Below are positions 8,418-18,700 of a stretch of DNA of 64,000 bases, piece after piece; position 1 is the first letter of the stretch, and each line of letters starts with the position of its first letter. This stretch comes from a virus. The notes beneath the pieces were generated by a model. The model saw nothing but the letters and a program-made list of their open reading frames with translations. It did not search any database and had not been told where the DNA came from. Made by a program: the position numbers and the translations under genes. The stretch is taken from IMG/VR virus record IMGVR_UViG_3300020463_003399, positions 1 through 64,000 of that record; one strand, written 5' to 3'.

Positions 8418-8425
8418 TATAAATA
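8418..8425 (+). promoter_or_regulatory. T4 late promoter TATAAATA
   Basis: Exact T4 late consensus upstream of the core/protease/scaffold/capsid operon. Confidence 0.75.
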
Positions 8426-8505
8426 CATGTGAAACAAATTAGAAGTGTTTCTACAACCTTGCCACAGTTCATGTTTTGTGGCTTATATAGATAAGGAGAC
8501 GTATT

Positions 8506-9423
8506 ATGTCAAGAAGTACACTAGAAAACGTACTAGAACTTCTTATCAACGAGGAGCGTGAAGCCGCCGAAGCCATGTTACATGACTTTATAGTGGCCGA
8601 GGCTCGTAGAATCCATGAAGAACTTCTGAACGAAAGTGACGAAGTTGTAGAAGAAGACCTTGAGGATATTGACGAGTCTGAGGACGAAACCGTTGAAGAA
8701 GCATCGATTGAAGCCGATACAGAAGAAAATAATAACGAAATTGAATCTGATAAAGCAGAAATCGAGAACGAAGAATTCTATGACGAAGACGAATCAGAAG
8801 ATGAAGCAGTTGACGACCTAGAAATGGGTGATGCAGAATCTAAAGACGAAGAAATCGAGGATCGTGTAGACGACCTAGAATCGAATCTTGCTGATTTAGA
8901 AGCAGAATTCGAAAAAATTATGTCAGGCGAAAAAGATGACATGGAAGATGAAGCCGATGAAGAAGAGGCTGAAATGGACATGGAAGCTGAGGCAGTTGAA
9001 GAACCATCAATCGAAGAAACATCAGAAGTAGAAGAATCATCAGATGAAGATACAGAAGATAAAGTAGAAGAAGGTTCAGAAGACGAATTAGAACTTGACC
9101 TAGAAGAATCAGATGAAGATTCAGACGATGCGGAAGAAGAAAAGTTGGAAGAATATAAAACTCCAATGACTGCAAAAGCAGGCGATAATGGCGACAACGC
9201 TAAATCACCAGTTAATGCAAATCCAAAACGTCCTGGAGATGATTCAAGTGCGGCACCAGTAAAAACCCAAGATGGAAACACTGCGGGTGGTAAAGGTGAT
9301 GCGCCAAAAGATATGAATACAAAAAATGTAAACGTGTCTGGAAACAGTAAAGCACCAGCAATGAAGTCGGCAACGGCATCAGCAGGTGATAATGGGGCTA
9401 ATACTAAGTCTATTAGTTCCTAA
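8506..9423 (+). CDS. highly acidic prohead core protein (gp67-like position)
   Basis: Extremely D/E-rich; lies between portal and protease; many [LIV]xE sites. Confidence 0.6.
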   Translation: MSRSTLENVLELLINEEREAAEAMLHDFIVAEARRIHEELLNESDEVVEEDLEDIDESEDETVEEASIEADTEENNNEIESDKAEIENEEFYDEDESEDEAVDDLEMGDAESKDEEIEDRVDDLESNLADLEAEFEKIMSGEKDDMEDEADEEEAEMDMEAEAVEEPSIEETSEVEESSDEDTEDKVEEGSEDELELDLEESDEDSDDAEEEKLEEYKTPMTAKAGDNGDNAKSPVNANPKRPGDDSSAAPVKTQDGNTAGGKGDAPKDMNTKNVNVSGNSKAPAMKSATASAGDNGANTKSISS

Positions 9424-9445
9424 TAAAGACTTTTGGAGATAACCA

Positions 9446-10075
9446 ATGACCGTTCTTATAGAAAGGCTATCACACAATCAAGCGAAAGTTAAGTCAAGAA
9501 TCGTTGAGGGTGATGACGGTGGTAAAAACATGTTTATGGAAGGCATTTTCGTTCAAGGTAACGTTAAAAATGCTAACCAACGTGTGTATCCGGTTAACGA
9601 AATTGCGAAAGCAGTTGAGTCTGTACAAAAGAAAATCGAAGACGGTTTTCCAGTACTAGGCGAATGTGACCACCCACCAGAATTGACCGTTAACGTTGAC
9701 AGAGTTTCGCATATAATTGAATCTATGTGGATGGATGGACCGAACGGGTATGGGAAACTTAAAATTGTTCCGACACCAATGGGTAACATTATCAGAACAT
9801 TAATCGAGTCGGGCGCCACTTTAGGCGTTTCATCTCGTGGTTCAGGTGAAGTTGGCACATCTGGTGAAGTGAAAAATTTTGAGATTGTCACTGTAGACAT
9901 TGTAGCACAACCAAGTGCTCCAGAGGCCTACCCGAAGGCAATCTACGAAGGTTTAATGAACATGCGTGGTGGTTACCAAACTTGGCAACTAGCACAAGAT
10001 GTACAAAAAGACAAGGTCGCTCAAAAGTACTTGTCAGAACAATTAGTTAAGTTCATCAATGAACTTAAACTTTAA
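9446..10075 (+). CDS. gp21: prohead protease
   Basis: EGIFVQ, NQRVYP, LGECDHP, GVSSRGSG, DIVAQPSAPEA. Confidence 0.95.
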   Translation: MTVLIERLSHNQAKVKSRIVEGDDGGKNMFMEGIFVQGNVKNANQRVYPVNEIAKAVESVQKKIEDGFPVLGECDHPPELTVNVDRVSHIIESMWMDGPNGYGKLKIVPTPMGNIIRTLIESGATLGVSSRGSGEVGTSGEVKNFEIVTVDIVAQPSAPEAYPKAIYEGLMNMRGGYQTWQLAQDVQKDKVAQKYLSEQLVKFINELKL

Positions 10076-10089
10076 CAGGAGAAGCAACA

Positions 10090-11208
10090 ATGGCAAACGA
10101 AATCCTTGCTAATCTTCTAGAGACTGGTGTATTATCCGAAGAGGCTAGTACACAAATTAAAGAGGCTCTGGACAAAAAACTTATTGAAGCAAGAGAGGAG
10201 ATTACAGCCGAGTTGCGTGAGGAGTTCGCACAAAAATTTGAACACGACAAATCAGTAATTGTTGAAGCTATGGACAACATGCTAAACAATTCAATTAAAA
10301 CTGAAATGGAAGAGTTTAAATCGGACCGTGAACAACTTATCGCAGAACGAGTTGCATATAAGAAATCTATTTCTGAACATGCAAAACTCCTTGAAAAATT
10401 CATTACTTCTCGTTTGGCGACCGAAGTTAAGGAACTTAGAAATGATAGAGCAAAAGTTAACGAAAATCTTGAACAAACTAAGAAATTCGTTGTTAAGCAA
10501 CTATCACGTGAACTATCTGAGTTTCATAATGATAAACGTGAATTAGTAGATACTAAGGTACGTTTAGTAGCAGAAGGCAAAGAACTACTTAACAAGACTA
10601 AGCAGAACTTTGTTAAACGTTCAGCAGAATTAGTAGAGAGTACAATTAAAAACGCTCTACGTTCAGAAATGAAAACGCTAAAAGAAGATATCCAATCAGC
10701 TAAAGAAAACGAATTTGGCCGTAAGGTATTTGAAGCGTTCTCAGGCGAATTTATGACTTCACAATTAAATGAAGGCACAGAAGTAGCTAAAATGAACAAG
10801 AAGTTGAATGAATCAGCTACTAAGGTTAACGAACTTGAAAAAGTGATTGCTCAAAAAGATTCAAGCATTGAAACTGCTGAAAAGGCAAAACGTGTACTAG
10901 AAGACAAGATTAATCGTAAAGAGGTTATGTCAAGTCTAATGGCACCGTTAGGCAAAGAAAAAGCTAAAGTAATGAATGAACTACTTGAGTCAGTAAAAAC
11001 TTCAAATCTAAAAACTGCATTCAAAAAATACCTACCAGCAGTATTAGACGAGAAAAACGTTTCAACGAAAGAAGAAACACAAACATTAACAGAAGGCAAA
11101 ATGACCGAACAAACTGGTGACCGTGAGGTAGTTACGGAAGAATCACAGTCGTCAGGAAGTGATGCCGAAATCATCCAGCTTAAGAAATTAGCTGGGTTGA
11201 AAAATTAA
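10090..11208 (+). CDS. gp22: prohead core scaffold protein
   Basis: Coiled-coil-like protein between protease and major capsid genes. Confidence 0.8.
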   Translation: MANEILANLLETGVLSEEASTQIKEALDKKLIEAREEITAELREEFAQKFEHDKSVIVEAMDNMLNNSIKTEMEEFKSDREQLIAERVAYKKSISEHAKLLEKFITSRLATEVKELRNDRAKVNENLEQTKKFVVKQLSRELSEFHNDKRELVDTKVRLVAEGKELLNKTKQNFVKRSAELVESTIKNALRSEMKTLKEDIQSAKENEFGRKVFEAFSGEFMTSQLNEGTEVAKMNKKLNESATKVNELEKVIAQKDSSIETAEKAKRVLEDKINRKEVMSSLMAPLGKEKAKVMNELLESVKTSNLKTAFKKYLPAVLDEKNVSTKEETQTLTEGKMTEQTGDREVVTEESQSSGSDAEIIQLKKLAGLKN

Positions 11209-11234
11209 CCAGGATAATATCAGGAGAATAAAAG

Positions 11235-12389
11235 ATGGAAAATCTTTTTGAAGGAAATAACTGGGACAACACAAGAAATGCCTTACTAGAAGGTCTAGAA
11301 GGTACAAAACGTGACACAATGTCCGCAGTTTTAGAAAACACCAAAGTCGCTCTTAATGAGAGTGCAACTGCTGGTGCAACACAGGCTGGTAACATCGCAA
11401 CACTTAACAAAGTGATCCTACCAGTTATCCGTCGTGTAATGCCAACAGTTATCGCAAACGAAATCATCGGCGTACAGCCAATGACAGGCCCAGTGGGTCA
11501 AATCCACACATTACGTGTAAGATACGCAGAAGCAAAAGCTGGCGTATCAGCAGGTGATGAGGCTCTATCACCATTCGAAATTGCAAACGCTTACTCAGGT
11601 GACGCATCAGCGGCACCGGCGGCGACTGCATCACTAGAAGGTGAGCCAGGCTCAAAAATGTCAATCCAAGTTCTAAAGCAAACTGTAGAAGCTAAAACAA
11701 GAAAGCTATCTGCACGTTGGACTTTTGAGGCGGCACAAGATGCTAACTCAATGCACGGTCTAGATATTGAAGCTGAAATCATGGCGGCTCTAGCAATGGA
11801 AATCACTGCTGAAATCGACCAAGAAATCTTAGGCTCACTATCTGCTCTAGCAACAACAGGTGGAACATATGACATGTCAGGTTCTTTCACAGGTACACCA
11901 ACATTTATCGGTGACAGACATGCCGTTCTTGCGACACTAATTAATCAACAAGCAAACCTAATCGCTCAACGTACTCGTAGAGGCGCGGCGAACTGGGCAG
12001 TGCTTTCACCATCAGCTTTAACAGTTCTACAATCTGCTACAACATCAGCATTTGCTAGAACAACTGAAGGTACTTTTGAAGCACCAACAAATACTAAATT
12101 CGTAGGTACTCTAAACGGTACAATGAGAGTATATGTAAACACATATGCATCTAACGATGACGTACTACTTGGTTACAAAGGTGCTGGCGAAATCGATGCG
12201 GCGGCTTTCTATTGTCCGTACGTTCCGCTAATGTCTTCAGGCGTTGTAGTTGATCCGGCTTCTTTTGAGCCAGTAGTATCATTCATGACTCGTTATGGTT
12301 ATGTTGAACTAACAAACACTGCATCATCTCTAGGTAATGCGGCTGACTACGTATCTAAAATCGCAGTTAGCAATCTAGCTTTCGTATAA
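11235..12389 (+). CDS. gp23: major capsid protein
   Basis: GVQPMTGPVGQI, AKTRKLSARWTFEAAQD, AFYCPYVPL, FMTRYG. Confidence 0.97.
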   Translation: MENLFEGNNWDNTRNALLEGLEGTKRDTMSAVLENTKVALNESATAGATQAGNIATLNKVILPVIRRVMPTVIANEIIGVQPMTGPVGQIHTLRVRYAEAKAGVSAGDEALSPFEIANAYSGDASAAPAATASLEGEPGSKMSIQVLKQTVEAKTRKLSARWTFEAAQDANSMHGLDIEAEIMAALAMEITAEIDQEILGSLSALATTGGTYDMSGSFTGTPTFIGDRHAVLATLINQQANLIAQRTRRGAANWAVLSPSALTVLQSATTSAFARTTEGTFEAPTNTKFVGTLNGTMRVYVNTYASNDDVLLGYKGAGEIDAAAFYCPYVPLMSSGVVVDPASFEPVVSFMTRYGYVELTNTASSLGNAADYVSKIAVSNLAFV

Positions 12390-12413
12390 TATTATATTAT
12401 ACTGCTATTAAAG

Positions 12414-12442
12414 AAAACCCGGGAGCAATCCCGGGTTTTTTT
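12414..12442 (+). terminator. intrinsic terminator after capsid gene
   Basis: AAAACCCGGGA-GCAA-TCCCGGGTTTTTTT. Confidence 0.9.
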
Positions 12443-12507
12443 GTTTCTACTTTCCTAACAAAACTGATAAATACATTTATAAATCATTCGTTTGAGAGAG
12501 AAAACAC

Positions 12508-14256
12508 ATGGCAGAACAAATTAAATTTGGTGACAGATTATTTTTAAAGGGTGCAAAAGTCTTTTTAGATAGTGGTCCAACAGACAATGCTATACTAGAA
12601 ACTAGAAGTGGAACAGTAGAGATTGCAGGTAATCTTGTAGTTCAAGGTTCTACTACTACAGTAAATTCAGAAACAGTTTCAGTTGCAGACCCATTTATGT
12701 TATTAAATGGCGACCACACTGGTGCGGCATCAGAAGATGTCGGTATCGAAATTAATAGAGGTTCAGATGCCAATGTTAAATTTGGTTGGAATGAAACAAC
12801 AGGCACATTCTCAACTTTCGCTGAAAGTTTAGAAACAGGTGCAATATCGGCTACAAATATTGTAGCATCAGCAGGTATTGTTGCTGATATCAATTCAGAA
12901 AATGCAATAAAAATCATTGATATAACAGGTGATGGTACAGTTGATATAAATGCAGGTAATATAGATGGTACTGTAATAGGTGCGACTACACCAGCACAAG
13001 CAACTTTCACTCAACTTACTTGGAACACAACAACTAATACTACAGATGATTTACCAGAAGGTACAAATCAGTATTTTACAGACCAAAGAGCAAGGGCGGC
13101 AATCAGTGTTGAAGCCGCAAGTGAACTTTCTTATGATCCTGCAACAGGTGAAATATCTTTCTCAGGAAATTATTATTCTGATACAGATGCAAGACAGGCA
13201 ATTTCTGTAGCAGGTAATGAAATAGGTTATGACAATACAACGGGTATTATCAGTTATGATGCACCAACAGATTTTGGTTCACTTATAGATCCAAATGTTA
13301 TATCAGGATCAACAGGCGGAACAACAGGTTCAAGTTTACCAACAGATGTAAGTTCATTTACAAATGATGCTGGTTACTTAACACAAATAGTTACAGACAC
13401 TACACCTAAGTTAGGTGGTCATTTAGATACAGACAACTTTCAGATATTCTCAAATAAGAGTGTAGATAGTCTTGTTTTCTTAGACTATGATTTAGCATCA
13501 GATAGTTCAAAAGGTCTTGCTATAGGTGGCGGTTCTTCTATAAACTTATTCTTAGATAAAAATAATATTCACGGCACAAATGCTTATTTCAGTATACATT
13601 CAAATAGAGATCCTTTAGTAGATACAGTTAATAAAGCAAACTCTATATTCTCTGTAGCTGAGAATGGTAATGTTACTATAACAGGTGATATCACACAAGC
13701 TACTACAGATAATTTAGGCGAAGGAACTACTAATCTTTATCATACACCTGCAAAAGTACAAAACGTATTAACAAATATGACAACTGGGTTATTCCCATCA
13801 CAGGATAATACATACGATATTGGTTCTACAAACTTTCAATGGAGAAAAATATTTGGTCATACAGTAGAGGCAACATATGCTGACTTGGCAGAAAGATATG
13901 AGGCAGATGCTGAATATGATCCTGGAACAGTAGTCGTGTTTGATGGTGAAAAAGAAATAACAACAACTGATATAGAAGCAGATTACAAAGTAGCAGGAGT
14001 TATTTCTACAGATCCAGGATTGAAAATGAATTCAAACGCAGGTGAAGATAGTACTCATCCTTACGTTGCGTTAAAAGGAAGAGTCCCTTGTAAGATTGTT
14101 GGACCAGTCAAAAAAGGCGACTTGATTGTGACATCTAGTACACCAGGATATGGTAAATCAGTAGGCGGTGCAGACATGGGTCGTTCAGTTTTTGCTAAAT
14201 CTTTAACAAATAATGACGATTCTGGTGAAAAAATCATCGAAGTTGCAATTATATAG
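12508..14256 (+). CDS. fibre/virion structural protein with C-terminal YADLAE chaperone-like domain
   Basis: GNLVVQGSTTTVNS, GIEINRG, TDDLPEG repeat, YADLAERYEAD...VALKGRVPCK; late promoter at 12466. Confidence 0.7.
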   Translation: MAEQIKFGDRLFLKGAKVFLDSGPTDNAILETRSGTVEIAGNLVVQGSTTTVNSETVSVADPFMLLNGDHTGAASEDVGIEINRGSDANVKFGWNETTGTFSTFAESLETGAISATNIVASAGIVADINSENAIKIIDITGDGTVDINAGNIDGTVIGATTPAQATFTQLTWNTTTNTTDDLPEGTNQYFTDQRARAAISVEAASELSYDPATGEISFSGNYYSDTDARQAISVAGNEIGYDNTTGIISYDAPTDFGSLIDPNVISGSTGGTTGSSLPTDVSSFTNDAGYLTQIVTDTTPKLGGHLDTDNFQIFSNKSVDSLVFLDYDLASDSSKGLAIGGGSSINLFLDKNNIHGTNAYFSIHSNRDPLVDTVNKANSIFSVAENGNVTITGDITQATTDNLGEGTTNLYHTPAKVQNVLTNMTTGLFPSQDNTYDIGSTNFQWRKIFGHTVEATYADLAERYEADAEYDPGTVVVFDGEKEITTTDIEADYKVAGVISTDPGLKMNSNAGEDSTHPYVALKGRVPCKIVGPVKKGDLIVTSSTPGYGKSVGGADMGRSVFAKSLTNNDDSGEKIIEVAII

Positions 14257-14372
14257 AAATAAATCATAAACACTCAAAATCACAAATTCTAGATAAATAA
14301 TGATAGATTATACAGAGCCGGACTCTGTGTTGTCTAATATGAAATCGATTTTTTATAGACGGGAGAAATAAT

Positions 14373-16397
14373 ATGGCGGCATATGCAATTCAGTTCCGTC
14401 GTGGTACAACGACTCAACATTCATCATTCACAGGCTTGTTAGGTGAAGTGACAGTCGATACAGACAAGAAAACACTTGTCGTTCACGATGGTTCTACAAC
14501 AGGCGGCTACCCATTAATGCGTGAAGGTGCGGCATCAACCTCGACAACAGGTTCATTCTCATCAAACGTAACGGTAGGCGGCACATTAGCAGTAACTAAC
14601 ACGGCAACATTAAGTGGCGGTGTAGATGTTACAGGTAACTTGGACATGACAGGTCACATTTTACCATCTGCTAACATTACATATGACTTGGGCTCAACTT
14701 CACTAATGTGGCGTGATATTTACGTAGGTCCTGGATCTTTATACGTTAACGGTAAAAAAGTTATCGAAGATGATTCTGGAACTATCTCAATTTCAACGGA
14801 CGTAGACCAAGCATTAAAAGTAGCAACATCAGGTACAGGTACATTACAGATTGAATCTGCAAACGGTATTCAGTTCACAGGTGAATTGAAAACATCATCA
14901 GGTGATATTCAAATCGGTGACCACATCGATATGAATTCTAACTTGATTAAAGCAGTTTCAAGTCCAGTATCAGGTACAGATGCGGCAAACAAAACTTATG
15001 TTGATAGTGCGATTACTACAGGTATTGGTGCAGGTACGGCGGCAGTTTCAGGTACAACTGGTGCTTTCTCAAGCAACGTAACAGTAGGCGGCGACTTAAC
15101 AGTTAACGGTACAACAACTACAATTAACACATCAGAAATTAATTTAGCTGATAATATCTTACTCTTAAACTCAGACGCAACAGGAAATGCTACGGCATCT
15201 GGTGGTATTGAGATTGAAAGAGGTGATGACCTAAACGTTCAACTATTATGGGACGAAACAAATGACAGATGGTCAGTAGGTGCAGAAGACATCTATTCAT
15301 CAGGTTCATTTATTGGTAATCTAACAGGTAATGTTGTAGGTGATGTTGTCGGTGACGTAACAGGAACAGTTTCAGACGTATCAAATCATACAACGAATGA
15401 TATTGCTGAAGGCGGTTCAAACTTATACTTTACAGATTCACGTGTTAGAAACGCAATCTCAGTATCAGGCGACTTATCTTATAACTCAACAACAGGTGTA
15501 ATTTCTACACAAGGTCTTGCATCATCAGATACAGATGACCTAGCAGAAGGTTCAACTAACCTATATTACACAACTGCACGTTGGGACGCTAAGATGGCTA
15601 CAGCCGATACAGATGATTTATCTGAAGGCTCAACAAACCTTTACTACACAACTGCACGTTGGGATACAAAAATGGCGGCGGCAACTTCTGACGATATGTC
15701 AGAAGGCTCAGCTAATTTATATCACACAACTGCACGTGCAAGAGCGGCAATTTCTGCAAACAGTGATTTAAGCTACGATAGTGCAACTGGTATCATGTCA
15801 TACACGACACCAACAACTATCGCTAGTATCGCCAATCATACATCAGATGATTTAGCAGAAGGTTCTACAAATCTATATCACACATCAGAGCGTGTTGATG
15901 ATAGAGTATCGGCGTTAATGACTGCAGGTACAGGTATCTCATTATCTTATGATGATGCGGCTGGTACTTTAACAGTAACAAACACTCAAACAGAACTTAA
16001 TGACTACGTAGATAGTGCATCATTCTCAGGTGGTACATTAACTCTATCAGTCAGTTCGCAACCAGATGTTTCTGTTTCACTAGACGGACGTTATGTCAAA
16101 CTAGCTGATTCAACTAAGAAACATTCAGATGCTTACGAAGTAACTGCTCAAGACGAAACAGACAATAGTTCAGCTACATTAACTAAAACATGGGCTCAAC
16201 TAACTGCAGGTAAGATTGACATCGGTGGTATTGATTTTGCATCAGAAATCAACGATTCACCTTACGCAGTAGTATACATCAACAGAATGGTCGCAAGACC
16301 AAACGAAGTAACAGTTTCTTCAACTGGCTTAACATTCGCTATAGGCGTTGTAGCAGAAGACGATGAAATTGAAGTTGTATACTTTGACGAAGCATAA
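14373..16397 (+). CDS. fibre protein with Mtd-N-like N-terminus and internal repeats
   Basis: IQFRRGT...GEVTVDTDKKTLVVHDGSTTGG N-terminus; repeated TDDLxEGSxNLY; late promoter at 14292. Confidence 0.7.
   Translation: MAAYAIQFRRGTTTQHSSFTGLLGEVTVDTDKKTLVVHDGSTTGGYPLMREGAASTSTTGSFSSNVTVGGTLAVTNTATLSGGVDVTGNLDMTGHILPSANITYDLGSTSLMWRDIYVGPGSLYVNGKKVIEDDSGTISISTDVDQALKVATSGTGTLQIESANGIQFTGELKTSSGDIQIGDHIDMNSNLIKAVSSPVSGTDAANKTYVDSAITTGIGAGTAAVSGTTGAFSSNVTVGGDLTVNGTTTTINTSEINLADNILLLNSDATGNATASGGIEIERGDDLNVQLLWDETNDRWSVGAEDIYSSGSFIGNLTGNVVGDVVGDVTGTVSDVSNHTTNDIAEGGSNLYFTDSRVRNAISVSGDLSYNSTTGVISTQGLASSDTDDLAEGSTNLYYTTARWDAKMATADTDDLSEGSTNLYYTTARWDTKMAAATSDDMSEGSANLYHTTARARAAISANSDLSYDSATGIMSYTTPTTIASIANHTSDDLAEGSTNLYHTSERVDDRVSALMTAGTGISLSYDDAAGTLTVTNTQTELNDYVDSASFSGGTLTLSVSSQPDVSVSLDGRYVKLADSTKKHSDAYEVTAQDETDNSSATLTKTWAQLTAGKIDIGGIDFASEINDSPYAVVYINRMVARPNEVTVSSTGLTFAIGVVAEDDEIEVVYFDEA
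15531..15737 (+). repeat. 78-nt (26-aa) tandem coding repeat, about 2.7 copies
   Basis: Units begin at 15531, 15609 and 15687: TDDLAEGSTNLYYTTARWDAKMATAD and variants. Confidence 0.85.
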
Positions 16398-16496
16398 AGT
16401 TTAACTTAACAAGATAGTGGAGGGAATAATCCCCTCCACTAGTTCAGTTATGAACATGAGGTCAACTAAAAGACCTCCCGATTTAAGGAGACACTA

Positions 16497-17480
16497 ATGG
16501 GAAGAAAACTTAGACATAATGGTGCTACGACAACATCTATTGCTCGTGGTACAACATTTAAATACGACACATCTGGTAACTTAGAACAAGTTACTGGTAC
16601 AGTAGATACAACAACTGACGATATTCTATTTACTGGTACAAAATCAAACTTAAGACGTATTGCTGACTTAGAACGTAACGTATCTATTCTTGCATCACAA
16701 GATAGAGGTGACGGTGGTTCAACTGTTGGTAAAAACTTTCGTGGTAAAGTTAAAATGCATAATGCTCTTGAAGTTGATGGTACGACAGACCTTGATGGTA
16801 CAACAAACATCAATGGTGCATTAACACTATCAACATCAGCACAAGGAACAATCAATGCATTGATTTCAACAGGTACACAAGCAGTTATCGACGGCGCCCC
16901 AGGTGCTTTAGATACACTTAACGAGTTAGCGGCCGCTTTAGGTGATGACTCAAATTTCGCAGGTACAATGACAACTAACCTAGCAGGCAAAGTTGCTAAA
17001 GCAGGTGACACTATGTCAGGTGACCTAAACATGGGCGGAAATGACATTACTAATGCAGGTACATTTAACGGTGTTGCAACATCGGCACAATACGCCGACC
17101 TTGCAGAGCGTTATGAAGCAGACGGTGAATACGATGAAGGAACAGTAATGATGTTCGGTGGCGATAAAGAAGTTACAGCCGCTGAAGGTTATGGCGCAGG
17201 CAAAATGGCAGGCGTTGTTTCAATGAAACCAGCATATCTAATGAACGATGGTGCAGGTTCAGATGCAACACATCCAGCAATCGCATTACAAGGTCGTGTT
17301 CCAGTAAAAGCTATGGGTAAAGTAGAAAAAGGTGACATCATGGTTGCCTCAGACCACAAAGGCATGGCTCAAGCATGGAAAGAAGATTCAGATCCAAGAT
17401 GTACGGCATATATCGGTATCGCAATCAAAGATAAAATCGAAGAAGGCGAAGGTATGGTCGAAGTTAAGGTTGGTAAGTAA
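16497..17480 (+). CDS. fibre-associated protein with YADLAE C-terminal domain
   Basis: GAPGALDTLNELAAALGDD, KAGDTMSGDL, YADLAERYEAD...IALQGRVPVK. Confidence 0.7.
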   Translation: MGRKLRHNGATTTSIARGTTFKYDTSGNLEQVTGTVDTTTDDILFTGTKSNLRRIADLERNVSILASQDRGDGGSTVGKNFRGKVKMHNALEVDGTTDLDGTTNINGALTLSTSAQGTINALISTGTQAVIDGAPGALDTLNELAAALGDDSNFAGTMTTNLAGKVAKAGDTMSGDLNMGGNDITNAGTFNGVATSAQYADLAERYEADGEYDEGTVMMFGGDKEVTAAEGYGAGKMAGVVSMKPAYLMNDGAGSDATHPAIALQGRVPVKAMGKVEKGDIMVASDHKGMAQAWKEDSDPRCTAYIGIAIKDKIEEGEGMVEVKVGK

Positions 17481-17502
17481 TATCTTATCTATATATTCTA
17501 AG

Positions 17503-17533
17503 AAGGAGGGCGTCTTTATGGCGCCCTTTTTTT
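17503..17533 (+). terminator. terminator between convergent genes
   Basis: GGGCGTC-TTTAT-GGCGCCC followed by T7. Confidence 0.75.
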
Positions 17534-18221
17534 ATGAGAAAAAGTTTTTAAGAGTTTTGATTAAAGATCCACTTTCTTCTTTAATGTAATTTTCATCAAC
17601 CCATTCAGGGAATTTAGCAAACAATCTTTTCCATTGTTTCATTTCTGTATACATATCTAGTATCTTTTTATGATACTCACTTCTATTAGAAAATCCAAGT
17701 TCTTTTCTTAATCCGTTTATTCTATTTTTACATTCATTTAAATCTTCTAAATCTCTATCTACTGCAAATAATATTTCTTCAAAAGATTTTTTATCAGAAA
17801 ACTTTTCTATTAGAAATTTGTGGTGTTTGTTTTTTGGTTTTCCATTGTAGAGAAACATAATCTCTTGTAAATCATAGTATAATGCTTTAACAGGATTTAT
17901 AGTCTCTCTATATCTTTCAACTACTTCTGGTATATGAAACTTAGTACTATCAGTAGCCATGCTTTCTAAAGTACTTAATGCTACAATGTTTATCTTTTGT
18001 CTGTTTGCAGTTATTTCTTTTTGAGAACGTTGTTTTACTTTGTTTATAGTAGCATCTATAACTTTTTTAGTATCTTCACTTTCTCCTTTTTTAAGATAAT
18101 CAATGTAACTAGGCGAGGCGGTGGCAATGACTTCTTTAAGTTCTAAAGTCGCTTTGTTTGACTTTAAAAACTCAATAGAATCTCTTATAAATTTCTGTTT
18201 TTTGAAATCTATTATATCCAC
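17532..18221 (-). CDS. hypothetical protein
   Basis: 229-aa ORF at the end of the minus-strand neck/tail operon. Confidence 0.6.
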   Translation of the reverse strand: MDIIDFKKQKFIRDSIEFLKSNKATLELKEVIATASPSYIDYLKKGESEDTKKVIDATINKVKQRSQKEITANRQKINIVALSTLESMATDSTKFHIPEVVERYRETINPVKALYYDLQEIMFLYNGKPKNKHHKFLIEKFSDKKSFEEILFAVDRDLEDLNECKNRINGLRKELGFSNRSEYHKKILDMYTEMKQWKRLFAKFPEWVDENYIKEESGSLIKTLKNFFS

Positions 18222-18261
18222 TGCTATCTCCTCTATTGTATTTAATAGAATTTTGGAAGAT

Positions 18262-18687
18262 TTATAGTGACGATATAATGTCTCTAATCACTTTAAGTTT
18301 ATTCTTCTTAAATAGTGTTCTTCTAGTACCTGGATGTAATGGCTTTGGAAAATACTCATGTTCTACCCAAGCATAACCTCCACTCTCATGATTTAGTCTT
18401 GGAATAAATTCTTTCTTAACAATTATCACAAATGAGTAGTAACTAAAGTCTTTATTTCTTGAATGATATTGATCCAATGGATATATTTTGGATACATCTT
18501 TCTTGATATTCACCCTTAATTCTTCACAAACTTCTCTCAATAATGCTTGTGAAATATTCTCGTCTTCTTCCACTTTACCACCCCAAAATCCCCAATTTCT
18601 AGGATGAGAACTATGTTTGTCTCTTTGTTGTAGTATTATTCTTTTAGTGTCTTTTGCTATTATACATGCACCTGCGGCTTTAATCAT
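18262..18687 (-). CDS. NUDIX hydrolase
   Basis: Nudix box GGKVEEDENISQALLREVCEEL. Confidence 0.85.
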   Translation of the reverse strand: MIKAAGACIIAKDTKRIILQQRDKHSSHPRNWGFWGGKVEEDENISQALLREVCEELRVNIKKDVSKIYPLDQYHSRNKDFSYYSFVIIVKKEFIPRLNHESGGYAWVEHEYFPKPLHPGTRRTLFKKNKLKVIRDIISSL

Positions 18688-18700
18688 TTATGTAACTTTC

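Noticed and set aside
8778-11890. Several antisense ORFs over the head genes, and similar shadow ORFs elsewhere
   Set aside because: Low-complexity reverse-frame shadows of well-supported genes, with no RBS or motifs
14373-14530. Diversity-generating retroelement suggested by the Mtd-like N-terminus
   Set aside because: No reverse transcriptase and no TR/VR pair differing at adenines in the window
15531-15737. Possible CRISPR-like array
   Set aside because: Units are in-frame coding repeats with synonymous changes and no unique spacers
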